DNA of 64,000 nucleotides, taken from Candidatus Oxydemutatoraceae bacterium. Lineage in GTDB: Bacteria > Pseudomonadota > Gammaproteobacteria > Poriferisulfidales > Oxydemutatoraceae. Location: contig OZ244717.1 of assembly GCA_965218975.1 (NCBI GenBank), forward strand, positions 1,728,001-1,792,000. The letters are read 5' to 3'. The notes beneath the pieces are model-generated. The model made no database searches. It saw nothing but the letters and a program-made list of their open reading frames with translations, and was not told the DNA's origin. Positions 26,810 through 36,078 of the stretch are shown piece after piece. The translations under genes and the position numbers were made by a program. Each line of letters opens with the position of its first letter. Positions within the stretch are counted from its first letter, which is position 1.

Positions 26810-29800
26810 TTAATGATTATCCCCAATCGAAGCTTTTTTGTATGCAGATTCAAGTCGCTTTCTACTTTTTTCACCCATGCGACGCATGCCGAGCCATTTA
26901 CGCATTTCCACAACCGCACCCTCGATATCACAGCCACAGTCAATAAAATGGCGAGACATGGCAACAAGCTCAGGCATGGCAACATTTTCTGCGGTACGCT
27001 GATAAGAAAACCCATTGACTACACGAAAGCCATCCCAGTGAGCTATATCCGCATCTACAAGCCACACGAATCGTACGTTATCTTCCGTGGTAATTTGCAG
27101 CCTGTTATTTTTTTCTAAAACTTCGCTGAGTACCTGGTTGATCCTGCTGCCTGCACTCTTGAAGCCATGCGCCGTGGTAATCAATTTAAACAGGACTTCC
27201 ACACGAACTGGCTGCTCATGCTGTACGATTTGTTCCATCAAGTGCGAAAGTGTAGCTCGGTAGTCATACTCGTAAAAGCTGTCCCGCCTAAGTTTGATAT
27301 CATTCGAAGCCACACCCCAAGGGATGTACTCACGTTTACCCGGTATCTCGGGTGCATCCTCCACAACACTACCCGCAACTTTTTCCCACACCACCTCCTG
27401 GGGATCGCCCTCCGAAGTAATATCATGGCCATCCGTACTCGCAAAATCTGTATTGACACCCTCTTCTGAAGAATTCTGGGTCACTAACACCGTATCGGGA
27501 ACCTCCTCTGAAGGTGCCCCACTGTCCTCAGCGCAAGACTCAAGCAATTCATGCAACTGTTGGTCTATACGATCTATGCAATCCGCTGGGTTAACCCACC
27601 AATCTGTAGACCAAATTCTCAATATTTTCCATCCTAATCTCTTAAGAACTTGCTCGCGCAGAAAATCTCGATCACGAGCTGTGGCAGACCGGTGATAGGT
27701 AGCACCATCACATTCTATGCCGGCAAGATACTTTCCGGCTTTGTCAGGATGAACAACACCGAGATCAATCCGGAAACCAGACACACCGATTTGGCTGTGA
27801 ACCGTCCAGTCCCGCTCCTCTAGCCTTGCCGCAACTTGCTCTTCAAATTCTGAGTCGAAAGTCCCCAGAGGGCGTTCAATCGACTCTCCGATTGCCTTCC
27901 TGCCCCGTTTGGCAAAATCCATAAAACGTTTCATGTCCCTGACACCGAACGCCTTTGTGCGCGATAGATCGATATCTTCCGGCTGCATACTTGAATAGAC
28001 ATGCATTTCATTGCGGGCACGGGTGATTGCAACGTTCAAGCGTCTTGGGCCGCCCTCCTGATTCATGGGTCCGAAGTTCATCGACAAGCGACCTGAACGA
28101 TCTTTACCGTACGTCATGGAAAAGTAGATGATCGAACGTTCATCACCTTGTACGCTCTCGATGTTTTTTACAAAGATGGATTCGATAGTATCTTCAGCAA
28201 AGAAAGGTTCGATTTCAGGGTAATCCCGGCGTGCCTTTTCCAGCATGTCTTCAATGAGAATCTGTTGTTCCTGATTAAAGGTAACTACACCAATCGTCAT
28301 ACCGGTTTTTTTGAAACCCGGGTCTCGCAATTTTGTAACGATGCTATTAACCACAGCTCGGGCCTCAGGTTGGTTGATCCTCTTGCCGCCTTTTTCATAC
28401 AAGCCATTGTCGACATAGTGGAACGACACCGCTTTATCGGCAGTGGCCGGTGACGGAAAAGTTATCAACCCTCCATCATAGTACGTGTGATTACTAAAAG
28501 TGATGAGAGACTCTTGTCGTGAGCGATAATGCCATTTCAACTGGTATGTTGGCAGATTGGCTCCCATACACTCATCGAGGATTGACTCCAGGTCAGCATC
28601 GATATCACTGTCGTTGTACTCATCCTCCTGACGATTGAAGAAAGAGGTTGGAGGCAATTGCTTCGGATCTCCAACAATAATGGCTTGATTCGCCCTTGCG
28701 ATAGCACCAATGGCATCCCATGGCGTAATCTGACTGGCCTCATCGAAAACCACTACATCAAATGAAGCCCCGTCAGGAGGCAGGTATTGAGCCACCGACA
28801 TTGGACTCATCATCACGCAAGGCGTGAGCTTGAATAGGTTACTGCCGAGCTTTTCAATTAACTGCCGCACTGGCATATGGCGGCGTTGTTTTTGAATTTC
28901 CCGACTGAGAACATGCCACGTTGAGCCTTGAGGGACATGACCGCGTGAGGGAATCACTTGGCTGAGTTTGGCATACACGTACGCTTGGGTGAGTTCCATG
29001 AACTCCTTGTCCAACTTCACAAAGTCATCAATAACGCGTACATGTTCAGCAGGAACAAATTTCCTGATCACATCATCACTGTCTACGGCACGATCTAACC
29101 ACCAGCGGTGATAGTTCACCCGGAAGGCTTCCTCAGCAGTGCTGTCAACAAGAGAGCCATTCTCGACAGCATCCACGAGAGACTGCATATCTTTCTTTAA
29201 CGCTTTTTCGCGAACCCGTCGCCAGGCGGTCCAGGCTTTCAGCCTCGGAGCCTGTTCTACCCACTGTGCACAGGTATCCGCTGTCATTTTCAGAAAAGAC
29301 TTGTCGTCAGACTCGACATGCAAGTCGCCGGTCGCGGCAATAGTCTCGCGAAGCGATTGCTGTGCCGCCTTAAAAGCTTTAAGTGCACGCATAAATGCGC
29401 TTGTCGATGCCTGGATCTGACCGCTTGGACCCAACAGCTCGGAGGATTGAAGCAATGAGGTCATCGTTGATGTGGCCTTGCGATAGGTTTCAGGCGCCGT
29501 GAAGAGCGCACTCATCACGCTTCTTAGTTCGCGACCAAATCCTGCGGCTTCTGCGAAAAGTGCAGGTTCAGTATGTATACCGTCGAATTTCCTGCCGATG
29601 ACGTTATCCAGACCTTTGAGCTTTTCAAGCGCTGTCTTCGCATTACTTGCAACCGAGAGCAAGGTGAGGTCAGAGACGACATTTGAAATTTTCGATCCGC
29701 CTGAAAATGGTTTGATCTGAGCTTTTATCGCTCTGACATCCAGCCATTTTGGCATAAACCATTTCTCTTCGGCCGCAGACAGTCGAGCTAGCAAGTCTGC

Positions 29801-32779
29801 TATGTCTAAATCGATCACGGTTTCCTTATAGGTCGTAGCTGTACTCTCGAATTGTTGTCGGTAACTTTGAGCAAGTTCCGCTGCAGACTCGAGATCTTGT
29901 ACTAAATCACTGCCTACGGGACCTAGCAGAGAAGAGTACGACTTGTTGTATGCCTTAGGTAAAATACGTTCGAGTGCTGCAACCATTTGCAGGTCACCTT
30001 GACTCATCACCCGAATCGGCAATCTCAGGGTTTTGATCCAAGACTGAAGTACTGCTTCCAGTCCTAGCGCTGCACTGTGAAGGGCTGTGGACTGGTCAAT
30101 AACTTTCCTTTGCCAAGATGGAGACCAATCATCGGCTTCGACCCTGTTGAAGCAACTCTTGCTTATATCACCAATCTGATCGGCATTTACATCAATGCGA
30201 GATGCTATATTGGAAAGTGTCTCAAGGTCACCCTCCGTGTGAGCTTGATGATCAGGCCAATTGAAACTGAGTTCGCTCACAGTCGGATTGTTTATTACAA
30301 CTCCGATGGCCTGAAAAATGCTAAGACCGTTGGAATAAGTTTTGTGGAGCTGCCTAACATAGGTATTGAGGTTTTCACGCAAGCCCATCAGACGCTCAGC
30401 CTCACGATCCCAATTGGAAATCCTTGGATACCTGCTTTGCCATGCCCGATCCAGTTGGGCTATCACATCAGTCTTTCTTGCCTTGCTAGAGTGCAGTTCC
30501 AGGCAAAACTTACCCAGTCCTACTTCACGCAAACGACGATAGACGACATCTAAGGCTGCTGTTTTCTCAGATACAAACAGTACTTTTTTCCCTATGGCCA
30601 ACAGATGGCTGATTATGTTTGCAATCGTCTGGCTTTTGCCCGTCCCGGGAGGTCCTTTGATCACGAAGTCCATACCTTCTGATGCTGCAATGACTGCCGC
30701 CATTTGAGTGCTGTCACACGACATGGGCAAATAGGTGTTTTTCGGATGACATTTACTATCCATCTCCTCCGGGCGTGTAAAGTCGACACCGTCGTTGCCC
30801 ATATACGTATCCCGAGGAGTATCAATCAAATGTTTAACCAAGGGTGAATTCTTGAGATGTTCAGTCCGTGCATCCAGGTCAGCCCACATCAAGTACTTGG
30901 CGAAGCTGAACGTACTTAAAACTAGATCGTCAGAAACTTCCCAACCTTCAATGTCACGAACATGCTGTCTGACAATATTCCATATTCTATCAACATCCAA
31001 GCCGGAATCATCCGTCGGCAGTTCTTTTGAAAGTTCTTGAATTTCAAGCCCGAAGTCTTGGCGAAGCATTTGCAGTAAGGTCGGATTAAACTGCGGTTCG
31101 TCATCATGGATACGTAGCTTGAATGCAGCATTCACAGACCTCCGAGAAAGACTGACTGGAATCAGTATCAGCGGTGCTTGGTAGTTACGAGTCCGGTTGT
31201 CCGTCTGAGTCCAGTTCAAAAAACCGAGTGCCAGATATAATATGTTGGTGCCGCCTTCTTCAATCGCTGCCTTTGATGCTCGATACAATTCTATAAGTGA
31301 CCCTGTCAACTTGTTTTGATCCATTGCAGCGGTAATTTTCCCACGTTTCATAGCCTGCAATACTTGTTCTCCGTGCAAATCTTCCGAAAAACGTCTGCGG
31401 TGTTCTTCATCACTTCGAGGATCGGTGGAGCTAATCACTTTCTCCAAAGGAGCAAATGTAAAGACTTGATCCTCGGCCAGCATATCTTCCAGCTCACCAG
31501 GATTTGTGCAGATAAACGGTACTGCCCTTTTGGACTTCTTGAAGTTCAGAAGTCTGTTGCGTAATGACAGGTCAAGGAGTTTTCGTTTCCAGTTTTCAAC
31601 TCGAGCATCTGCACCCACTTTCTTGTCAGGAGTGGGTGCATCCGGATACTCAACATCCTCAGGCAGATCACTCAGATCATCTAAGCCTGCATCAATTACC
31701 TTATCTACCTGAGCTTCCTCTTTTCCTACTTCTGTGACGCGTTCAAAAAGCGGTTGAATCCTGGCAAGTCGAGATTGTTTTATATCAACCAGCAACAGAA
31801 AACCTGCTTCATCCAACAGTTTACTTTTAGCCTCCTTCCTCGCTTCGTTAAATCTTCTAGCCGGTCTATCCGTAACTAAAGTGGTCTCAAATACCAGTAT
31901 TTCCTTCAGGTTGACTCTTTTACGCAAAGCCTGCAGGTCCTCGACCACACTTGTGCCAAACTCCAGGTCTTCCAGCCAGACGCCGGCAAAAGCATGTCCT
32001 TTAGTAAAAATGACAAGAGAATTAAGACCTGCCTGTTCCAGGGCGCCGACAAATAACAATGTCGAGTCCATGCACGTGACAAGACGGTGACGCTTCACCT
32101 CTTCGGGCAACCGAATCTTTTGACCTGCATCTTCAAAACTTGCGGGAGGCTCAGCGTACGTCAAGTCCTGCTTGACGACTGCCGACCAAATGGCATTGAC
32201 CAGCTCACCTGTTCTCTTACGACTTTTTGACCGATAGCCGTCGAGCTTTGGATTACGCCCATTGGCTTCCAGTACCTTCGCTGCAGTTCGCAAAATTTCC
32301 TGAATAAATGGAGAATTAGGTTGAACAAACGCTGCAAGAATTTCCGGCAGTTCCTTGGTGCCGCTCCATTCGTTGCGACTCAGAACTTCAGTATCACAAG
32401 ATGCCGTAGCAAGGACTTCATCCCCTGATTTCAAAGTAAAGTAGTAAGTGCCCCTGACAGCCTCATTCACCTCCTCCAAAAAGTGCGGGTTGAGTTCAAT
32501 CGCGCAGTCACGTAAAGAGTGCTCAGTACCAGATACTAGTCGATCGATATGCCATGTCTTGGTTTCAGCAAATTCCGGGCTAGCTGTAACGGTAAGCTTT
32601 AAATCTTGATAGCTGACATCAGTGGGATTGAGCAACGTTATTTCACGAAGAACTGGTACTGAGTTTTGCTGGAGTGCCAAATTTACCTTGCCGGCAGCCG
32701 TAACATGGATTGTTATGACTCGTTCGTCAGTCGCATTACCAGCAATCTCTGAAGTCACTTTTCTTCTCCTATAGGACAT
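26810..32779 (-). CDS. DUF4011-SF1 helicase-Vsr/REase-DUF3320 protein (Hhe-type antiphage architecture)
   Basis: 1989 aa; WKRKLLDLSLRNRLLNF, GPPGTGKS, DEASQ, GDPKQLPP, HYRS, QGDER, RRLNVAITRAR, FDSEFE...RIDL...IECDG; N-terminal TCMD...GHAF motif. Confidence 0.85.
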   Translation of the reverse strand: MSYRRRKVTSEIAGNATDERVITIHVTAAGKVNLALQQNSVPVLREITLLNPTDVSYQDLKLTVTASPEFAETKTWHIDRLVSGTEHSLRDCAIELNPHFLEEVNEAVRGTYYFTLKSGDEVLATASCDTEVLSRNEWSGTKELPEILAAFVQPNSPFIQEILRTAAKVLEANGRNPKLDGYRSKSRKRTGELVNAIWSAVVKQDLTYAEPPASFEDAGQKIRLPEEVKRHRLVTCMDSTLLFVGALEQAGLNSLVIFTKGHAFAGVWLEDLEFGTSVVEDLQALRKRVNLKEILVFETTLVTDRPARRFNEARKEAKSKLLDEAGFLLLVDIKQSRLARIQPLFERVTEVGKEEAQVDKVIDAGLDDLSDLPEDVEYPDAPTPDKKVGADARVENWKRKLLDLSLRNRLLNFKKSKRAVPFICTNPGELEDMLAEDQVFTFAPLEKVISSTDPRSDEEHRRRFSEDLHGEQVLQAMKRGKITAAMDQNKLTGSLIELYRASKAAIEEGGTNILYLALGFLNWTQTDNRTRNYQAPLILIPVSLSRRSVNAAFKLRIHDDEPQFNPTLLQMLRQDFGLEIQELSKELPTDDSGLDVDRIWNIVRQHVRDIEGWEVSDDLVLSTFSFAKYLMWADLDARTEHLKNSPLVKHLIDTPRDTYMGNDGVDFTRPEEMDSKCHPKNTYLPMSCDSTQMAAVIAASEGMDFVIKGPPGTGKSQTIANIISHLLAIGKKVLFVSEKTAALDVVYRRLREVGLGKFCLELHSSKARKTDVIAQLDRAWQSRYPRISNWDREAERLMGLRENLNTYVRQLHKTYSNGLSIFQAIGVVINNPTVSELSFNWPDHQAHTEGDLETLSNIASRIDVNADQIGDISKSCFNRVEADDWSPSWQRKVIDQSTALHSAALGLEAVLQSWIKTLRLPIRVMSQGDLQMVAALERILPKAYNKSYSSLLGPVGSDLVQDLESAAELAQSYRQQFESTATTYKETVIDLDIADLLARLSAAEEKWFMPKWLDVRAIKAQIKPFSGGSKISNVVSDLTLLSVASNAKTALEKLKGLDNVIGRKFDGIHTEPALFAEAAGFGRELRSVMSALFTAPETYRKATSTMTSLLQSSELLGPSGQIQASTSAFMRALKAFKAAQQSLRETIAATGDLHVESDDKSFLKMTADTCAQWVEQAPRLKAWTAWRRVREKALKKDMQSLVDAVENGSLVDSTAEEAFRVNYHRWWLDRAVDSDDVIRKFVPAEHVRVIDDFVKLDKEFMELTQAYVYAKLSQVIPSRGHVPQGSTWHVLSREIQKQRRHMPVRQLIEKLGSNLFKLTPCVMMSPMSVAQYLPPDGASFDVVVFDEASQITPWDAIGAIARANQAIIVGDPKQLPPTSFFNRQEDEYNDSDIDADLESILDECMGANLPTYQLKWHYRSRQESLITFSNHTYYDGGLITFPSPATADKAVSFHYVDNGLYEKGGKRINQPEARAVVNSIVTKLRDPGFKKTGMTIGVVTFNQEQQILIEDMLEKARRDYPEIEPFFAEDTIESIFVKNIESVQGDERSIIYFSMTYGKDRSGRLSMNFGPMNQEGGPRRLNVAITRARNEMHVYSSMQPEDIDLSRTKAFGVRDMKRFMDFAKRGRKAIGESIERPLGTFDSEFEEQVAARLEERDWTVHSQIGVSGFRIDLGVVHPDKAGKYLAGIECDGATYHRSATARDRDFLREQVLKRLGWKILRIWSTDWWVNPADCIDRIDQQLHELLESCAEDSGAPSEEVPDTVLVTQNSSEEGVNTDFASTDGHDITSEGDPQEVVWEKVAGSVVEDAPEIPGKREYIPWGVASNDIKLRRDSFYEYDYRATLSHLMEQIVQHEQPVRVEVLFKLITTAHGFKSAGSRINQVLSEVLEKNNRLQITTEDNVRFVWLVDADIAHWDGFRVVNGFSYQRTAENVAMPELVAMSRHFIDCGCDIEGAVVEMRKWLGMRRMGEKSRKRLESAYKKASIGDNH

Positions 32780-32859
32780 TCAGAAACACAAGAATGGCAT
32801 TGAATTGTAGGTCCATGGATGATTTAGACTCAAGTTTTGAATTCGTATCAACACTAACT

Positions 32860-32900
32860 TACGTTTTATTATATGCAATCTATAACATGATACTCTTTCT
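32860..32900 (+). repeat. 41-bp direct repeat, left copy
   Basis: TACGTTTTATTATATGCAATCTATAACATGATACTCTTTCT; 38/41 identical to 33865-33905. Confidence 0.9.
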
Positions 32901-33502
32901 GTATATGCCAGATATATATAGGACTCACGGCGCGACTCAAATATGCAATATCAGCACCGGCCACTGCATCAAAGGTTTTTGTACGAGCCAATTTAGCTAA
33001 CAAAATAAAGATTATGATGGGGAGGCTCATGGCAACCAGTGCCGACAAGAAACACGATACCCTCATTTTTTTGGGGTTTGTAACACACGACGTTTCCTGC
33101 CGATCTGTGACCGGCTTGTCGTTTCGGGGGAAACTACGGACCAGGATGTCACCGAGCGCATTCAAGGTCGGTCGTTCAACACTGTATGCATGGCGTCCTA
33201 TTGACAAGGAGAGTTGAGCAGTTTACGCGATCGCGGCAAAGCACCGCGCAAACAGCGGCGGCGGATCTGACCGTAGCCCGGCAAAGTACCTGTCGTCCAT
33301 GACGAGACTTGGTTCTGGCAATGAACCCCAGCCCCGACGTCCTTGTCGGGTCGTTCGCCGCTGAAAACCAATCGGTTTTCCGGGCGCGTCTCACCCTGCA
33401 CCACCCTCATGCCGATAACGAACAGTAAGCACCAATCCGAATATTACTGCCAAACGCCTCCCTCAAAGCCCTGCAAGAATCCCACCAGGGTGGCATCGTA
33501 CA
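32900..33502 (+). mobile_element. Internally deleted IS481 subtype A (5' part-R-3' part)
   Basis: Left end TGTATATGCCAGATA, right end GGTGGCATCGTACA; fragments GHCIKGF and RSTLYAWR; one R copy joins the first and last segments. Confidence 0.85.
33280..33399 (-). repeat. R repeat copy 8
   Basis: GGCAAAGTACC...CTCACCCTGC. Confidence 0.9.
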
Positions 33503-33534
33503 TTCTCCGGCGAAAAATCGGCTATATTAAAGGC

Positions 33535-33750
33535 ATGAGTACTACCGCACTTTACAAAGCATTAGTTGAAGCCGGTGCATCAAAGGATGCTGCTGAAAGA
33601 GCCGTCAAAGGTTTAGCGCATACGGAGGAGGGCGCTGCCAAAACCGATTTGGCAGAGCTCAAAGTTGAATTGATTAAATGGATGGTAGTGCTTACCGAAA
33701 TTATCATCGCCGCAGTCGGTTTTTTCTCCGATAATGGCTTAACCGATTAG
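33535..33750 (+). CDS. Small coiled-coil/TM protein (DUF1640/CCDC90-like)
   Basis: 71 aa MSTTALYKALVEAG...KTDLAELKVELIKWMV; TATATT lies 6 nt before ATG. Confidence 0.65.
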   Translation: MSTTALYKALVEAGASKDAAERAVKGLAHTEEGAAKTDLAELKVELIKWMVVLTEIIIAAVGFFSDNGLTD

Positions 33751-33754
33751 CCGA

Positions 33755-33864
33755 ACCTTCATAATCCGCGGCCACACTCATTTCCGGTCCGACGTGCATC
33801 CTCGCCCGATCAAACGTTAATCCCAAGCAATCCTCGAAAGTCCGGAATACATTGTACACGTACA
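33755..33864 (+). mobile_element. IS481 3'-end relic
   Basis: RPHS-like codons, then GTCCGGAATACATTGTACACGTACA right end (cf. 1261-1285). Confidence 0.65.
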
Positions 33865-33905
33865 TACGCTTTATTATCCGCAATCTATAACATGATACTC
33901 TTTCT
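33865..33905 (+). repeat. 41-bp direct repeat, right copy
   Basis: TACGCTTTATTATCCGCAATCTATAACATGATACTCTTTCT. Confidence 0.9.
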
Positions 33906-34018
33906 AGTAAATTCTTACATATACGAGATGCCTACTAGCTTTCGGTTCTTACTTTCACCAAACAGCAACGGTATGGAAATGACAAACTTGTGCAAAGATC
34001 AACCGGTATAAAAACCGG

Positions 34019-34091
34019 TGGAGCCAGGGAGAGTCGAACTCCCGACCTCCTGCATGCAAAGCAGGCGCTCTCCCAACTGAGCTATGGCCCC
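34019..34091 (-). tRNA. tRNA-Ala(TGC), 3' CCA not encoded (CCG)
   Basis: GGGGCCATAGCTCAGTTGGGAGAGC...anticodon TGC...GTTCGACTC...GGCTCCA-CCG; G3-U70 pair. Confidence 0.95.
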
Positions 34092-34231
34092 GGATGTAAT
34101 GAACCAACGGCTAACGCGACTAGACATTGCTATTACTAAGCCTCATTCAAGATTATCCATAATATGTAATGACTGTCAAAATAAAGCGCCTTATACAGCC
34201 CCATTTCAACGCTCGGAATGAGACCGGAAAT

Positions 34232-34894
34232 TCAATCTCGCTTTAGCGTTTGCATAAATTTACGATGTTCACGAGATTCCTCTTCAGTCGCGCGAATAAC
34301 AATAAAGTCAGTATGCCGCCGACTAGCTTGTGTTGTAGTATTATGCCGAACATTATGTTTCAATTGCATAGAAACTTGACCGCTGGTCATTGCTAAATAT
34401 ACTTTTAACAGTAATTCAGCATCCAGCAGAGCGTTATGTTTATCGCGCATTGAATAATCAACCTGATAGCGACGACAAAGATCATTCAATCTATTGTGCA
34501 TATTCGGATGTAGTTCACGTGCCAACTTTAATGTATCCGATACCTGACAATCGGTTTCTGCGGTGAAACATCGACGCCCCATTTGTTTCAATTCGGCGTC
34601 CAAAAATCCAATATCGAACTCTGCATTATGCGCGAGAATTTCGGCGCCCCTAACAAATCCAAGAAAACTATCACAAATGTCGGCAAACCGCGGTTGACCA
34701 TCCAAATGCTTTCGTGTGATGCGATGTATCTGTAACGCGCGACTGTCGATACCGCGTTCCGGATTGATCAGACGATAGTAACTTTCCCCTTGACAACGGT
34801 CAATCAATTCAACGCAACCGATTTCAATAATACGATGGCCTTCGGTAACTTCCAGACCGGTTGTTTCCGTATCCAAAATAATTTGCCTTGCCAT
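34232..34894 (-). CDS. dnaQ: DNA polymerase III epsilon subunit
   Basis: LDTETTG, HNAEFD, HNALLDAELL, AMTSGQ. Confidence 0.96.
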   Translation of the reverse strand: MARQIILDTETTGLEVTEGHRIIEIGCVELIDRCQGESYYRLINPERGIDSRALQIHRITRKHLDGQPRFADICDSFLGFVRGAEILAHNAEFDIGFLDAELKQMGRRCFTAETDCQVSDTLKLARELHPNMHNRLNDLCRRYQVDYSMRDKHNALLDAELLLKVYLAMTSGQVSMQLKHNVRHNTTTQASRRHTDFIVIRATEEESREHRKFMQTLKRD

Positions 34895-34896
34895 AA

Positions 34897-35352
34897 TTAT
34901 TTCTCGCCGGTTCCCAACAATTGATTTAAATATTCATTGGCAATCGCATCGGCACGCTCATTTTCTGGATTGCCGCTATGACCTCTGACCCATCCCCAAT
35001 CAATCGAATGTTTGGCCACCAACATATCCAAGCGTTTCCATAAATCCTCATTTTTGACCGGTTTGCGATTGGATGTTTTCCAATTATTTTGTTTCCATTG
35101 TGCTAACCACCGGGTAACTCCTTCTTGCAGATAACGGGAGTCGGTTATTAGACAAATCGGGCAACGACGTCGAACTCGCGATAAAGCTTCAATTGCCGCG
35201 GTTAATTCCATTCGGTTATTTGTAGTTTCCGCTTCAACACCGCCAAACTCCTTGATAATGCCGTCATAAACCATCAGTACACCCCAACTGCCAGGCCCCG
35301 GATTACCGCGGCAGGCGCCATCAGTGTAGATGTACAGCTTCTTGTCGGACAT
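34897..35352 (-). CDS. rnhA: Ribonuclease HI
   Basis: YTDGACRGNPGPG, TTNNRMEL, TDS, WVRGHSG, NERAD. Confidence 0.97.
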   Translation of the reverse strand: MSDKKLYIYTDGACRGNPGPGSWGVLMVYDGIIKEFGGVEAETTNNRMELTAAIEALSRVRRRCPICLITDSRYLQEGVTRWLAQWKQNNWKTSNRKPVKNEDLWKRLDMLVAKHSIDWGWVRGHSGNPENERADAIANEYLNQLLGTGEK

Positions 35353-36070
35353 TGGGAATATCTAATGTTGTCGGTTGCGCAACGTGTTTTTTTAAGAATG
35401 TCGGTCGCCATGCTTTGCCAACAGGTTTTAACGACGATACACGTTTACTCGCAAATAAAGCGCTTACGCTGTATAACAGCGGCAAGTAATCAATAAATTT
35501 CCAAGACAACTTAAATAGATGAGCACCCGTTCCAATCGGAACTAAGGCATGATGCACGGCTTCCATATCAAAACCCAAAACTGAAAGCCAGTCCTGAATC
35601 CGATACGCCGAATAGAAATGCCCGCACCACGGCGCTCGTGCCCGGCGGTGAAATAATTTACCGACTACCTGCCAACCATAAGGATTAAAGGAAATAATTA
35701 ATAATTTACCTTCCGGAATCAATACCCGATCGATTTCACGCAACAAGCTATGCGGATTCTCTATAAATTCTAAGACATGGCATACGGCGATGAAATCCAA
35801 ACTTTCCGAATCAATCGGCAAGTTTTCAAAATCGGTAACGACCAAAGAACGTATGGCGCCAAAACGAAATCTCATTGGGATATTCTTTGCATGAAACCAA
35901 TCTTTGCTCTGATCCAGCAAACTAATTTCCGCCGCATAATAACCAAAACATCCGTCCAACCAATGATGGAATAAAGTCTGAATCTGCGCAAGCAACACTT
36001 GTCGATGTTTTACCTGATACCAATCCGATAACTGCCGCGCAATATTTTGGCGTTGGAACTGACTTATCAT
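35321..36070 (-). CDS. SAM-dependent methyltransferase (YafS-like)
   Basis: LPIDSESLD...HVLEF...PHSLLREIDRVLIPEG...FNP; conserved position beside rnhA. Confidence 0.85.
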   Translation of the reverse strand: MISQFQRQNIARQLSDWYQVKHRQVLLAQIQTLFHHWLDGCFGYYAAEISLLDQSKDWFHAKNIPMRFRFGAIRSLVVTDFENLPIDSESLDFIAVCHVLEFIENPHSLLREIDRVLIPEGKLLIISFNPYGWQVVGKLFHRRARAPWCGHFYSAYRIQDWLSVLGFDMEAVHHALVPIGTGAHLFKLSWKFIDYLPLLYSVSALFASKRVSSLKPVGKAWRPTFLKKHVAQPTTLDIPNVRQEAVHLH

Positions 36071-36078
36071 CGAAGATA

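Noticed and set aside
33280-33399. R as a group II intron remnant or hammerhead ribozyme
   Set aside because: I found no convincing domain V or hammerhead core on either strand, and removing R would not restore the transposase because codons are missing.
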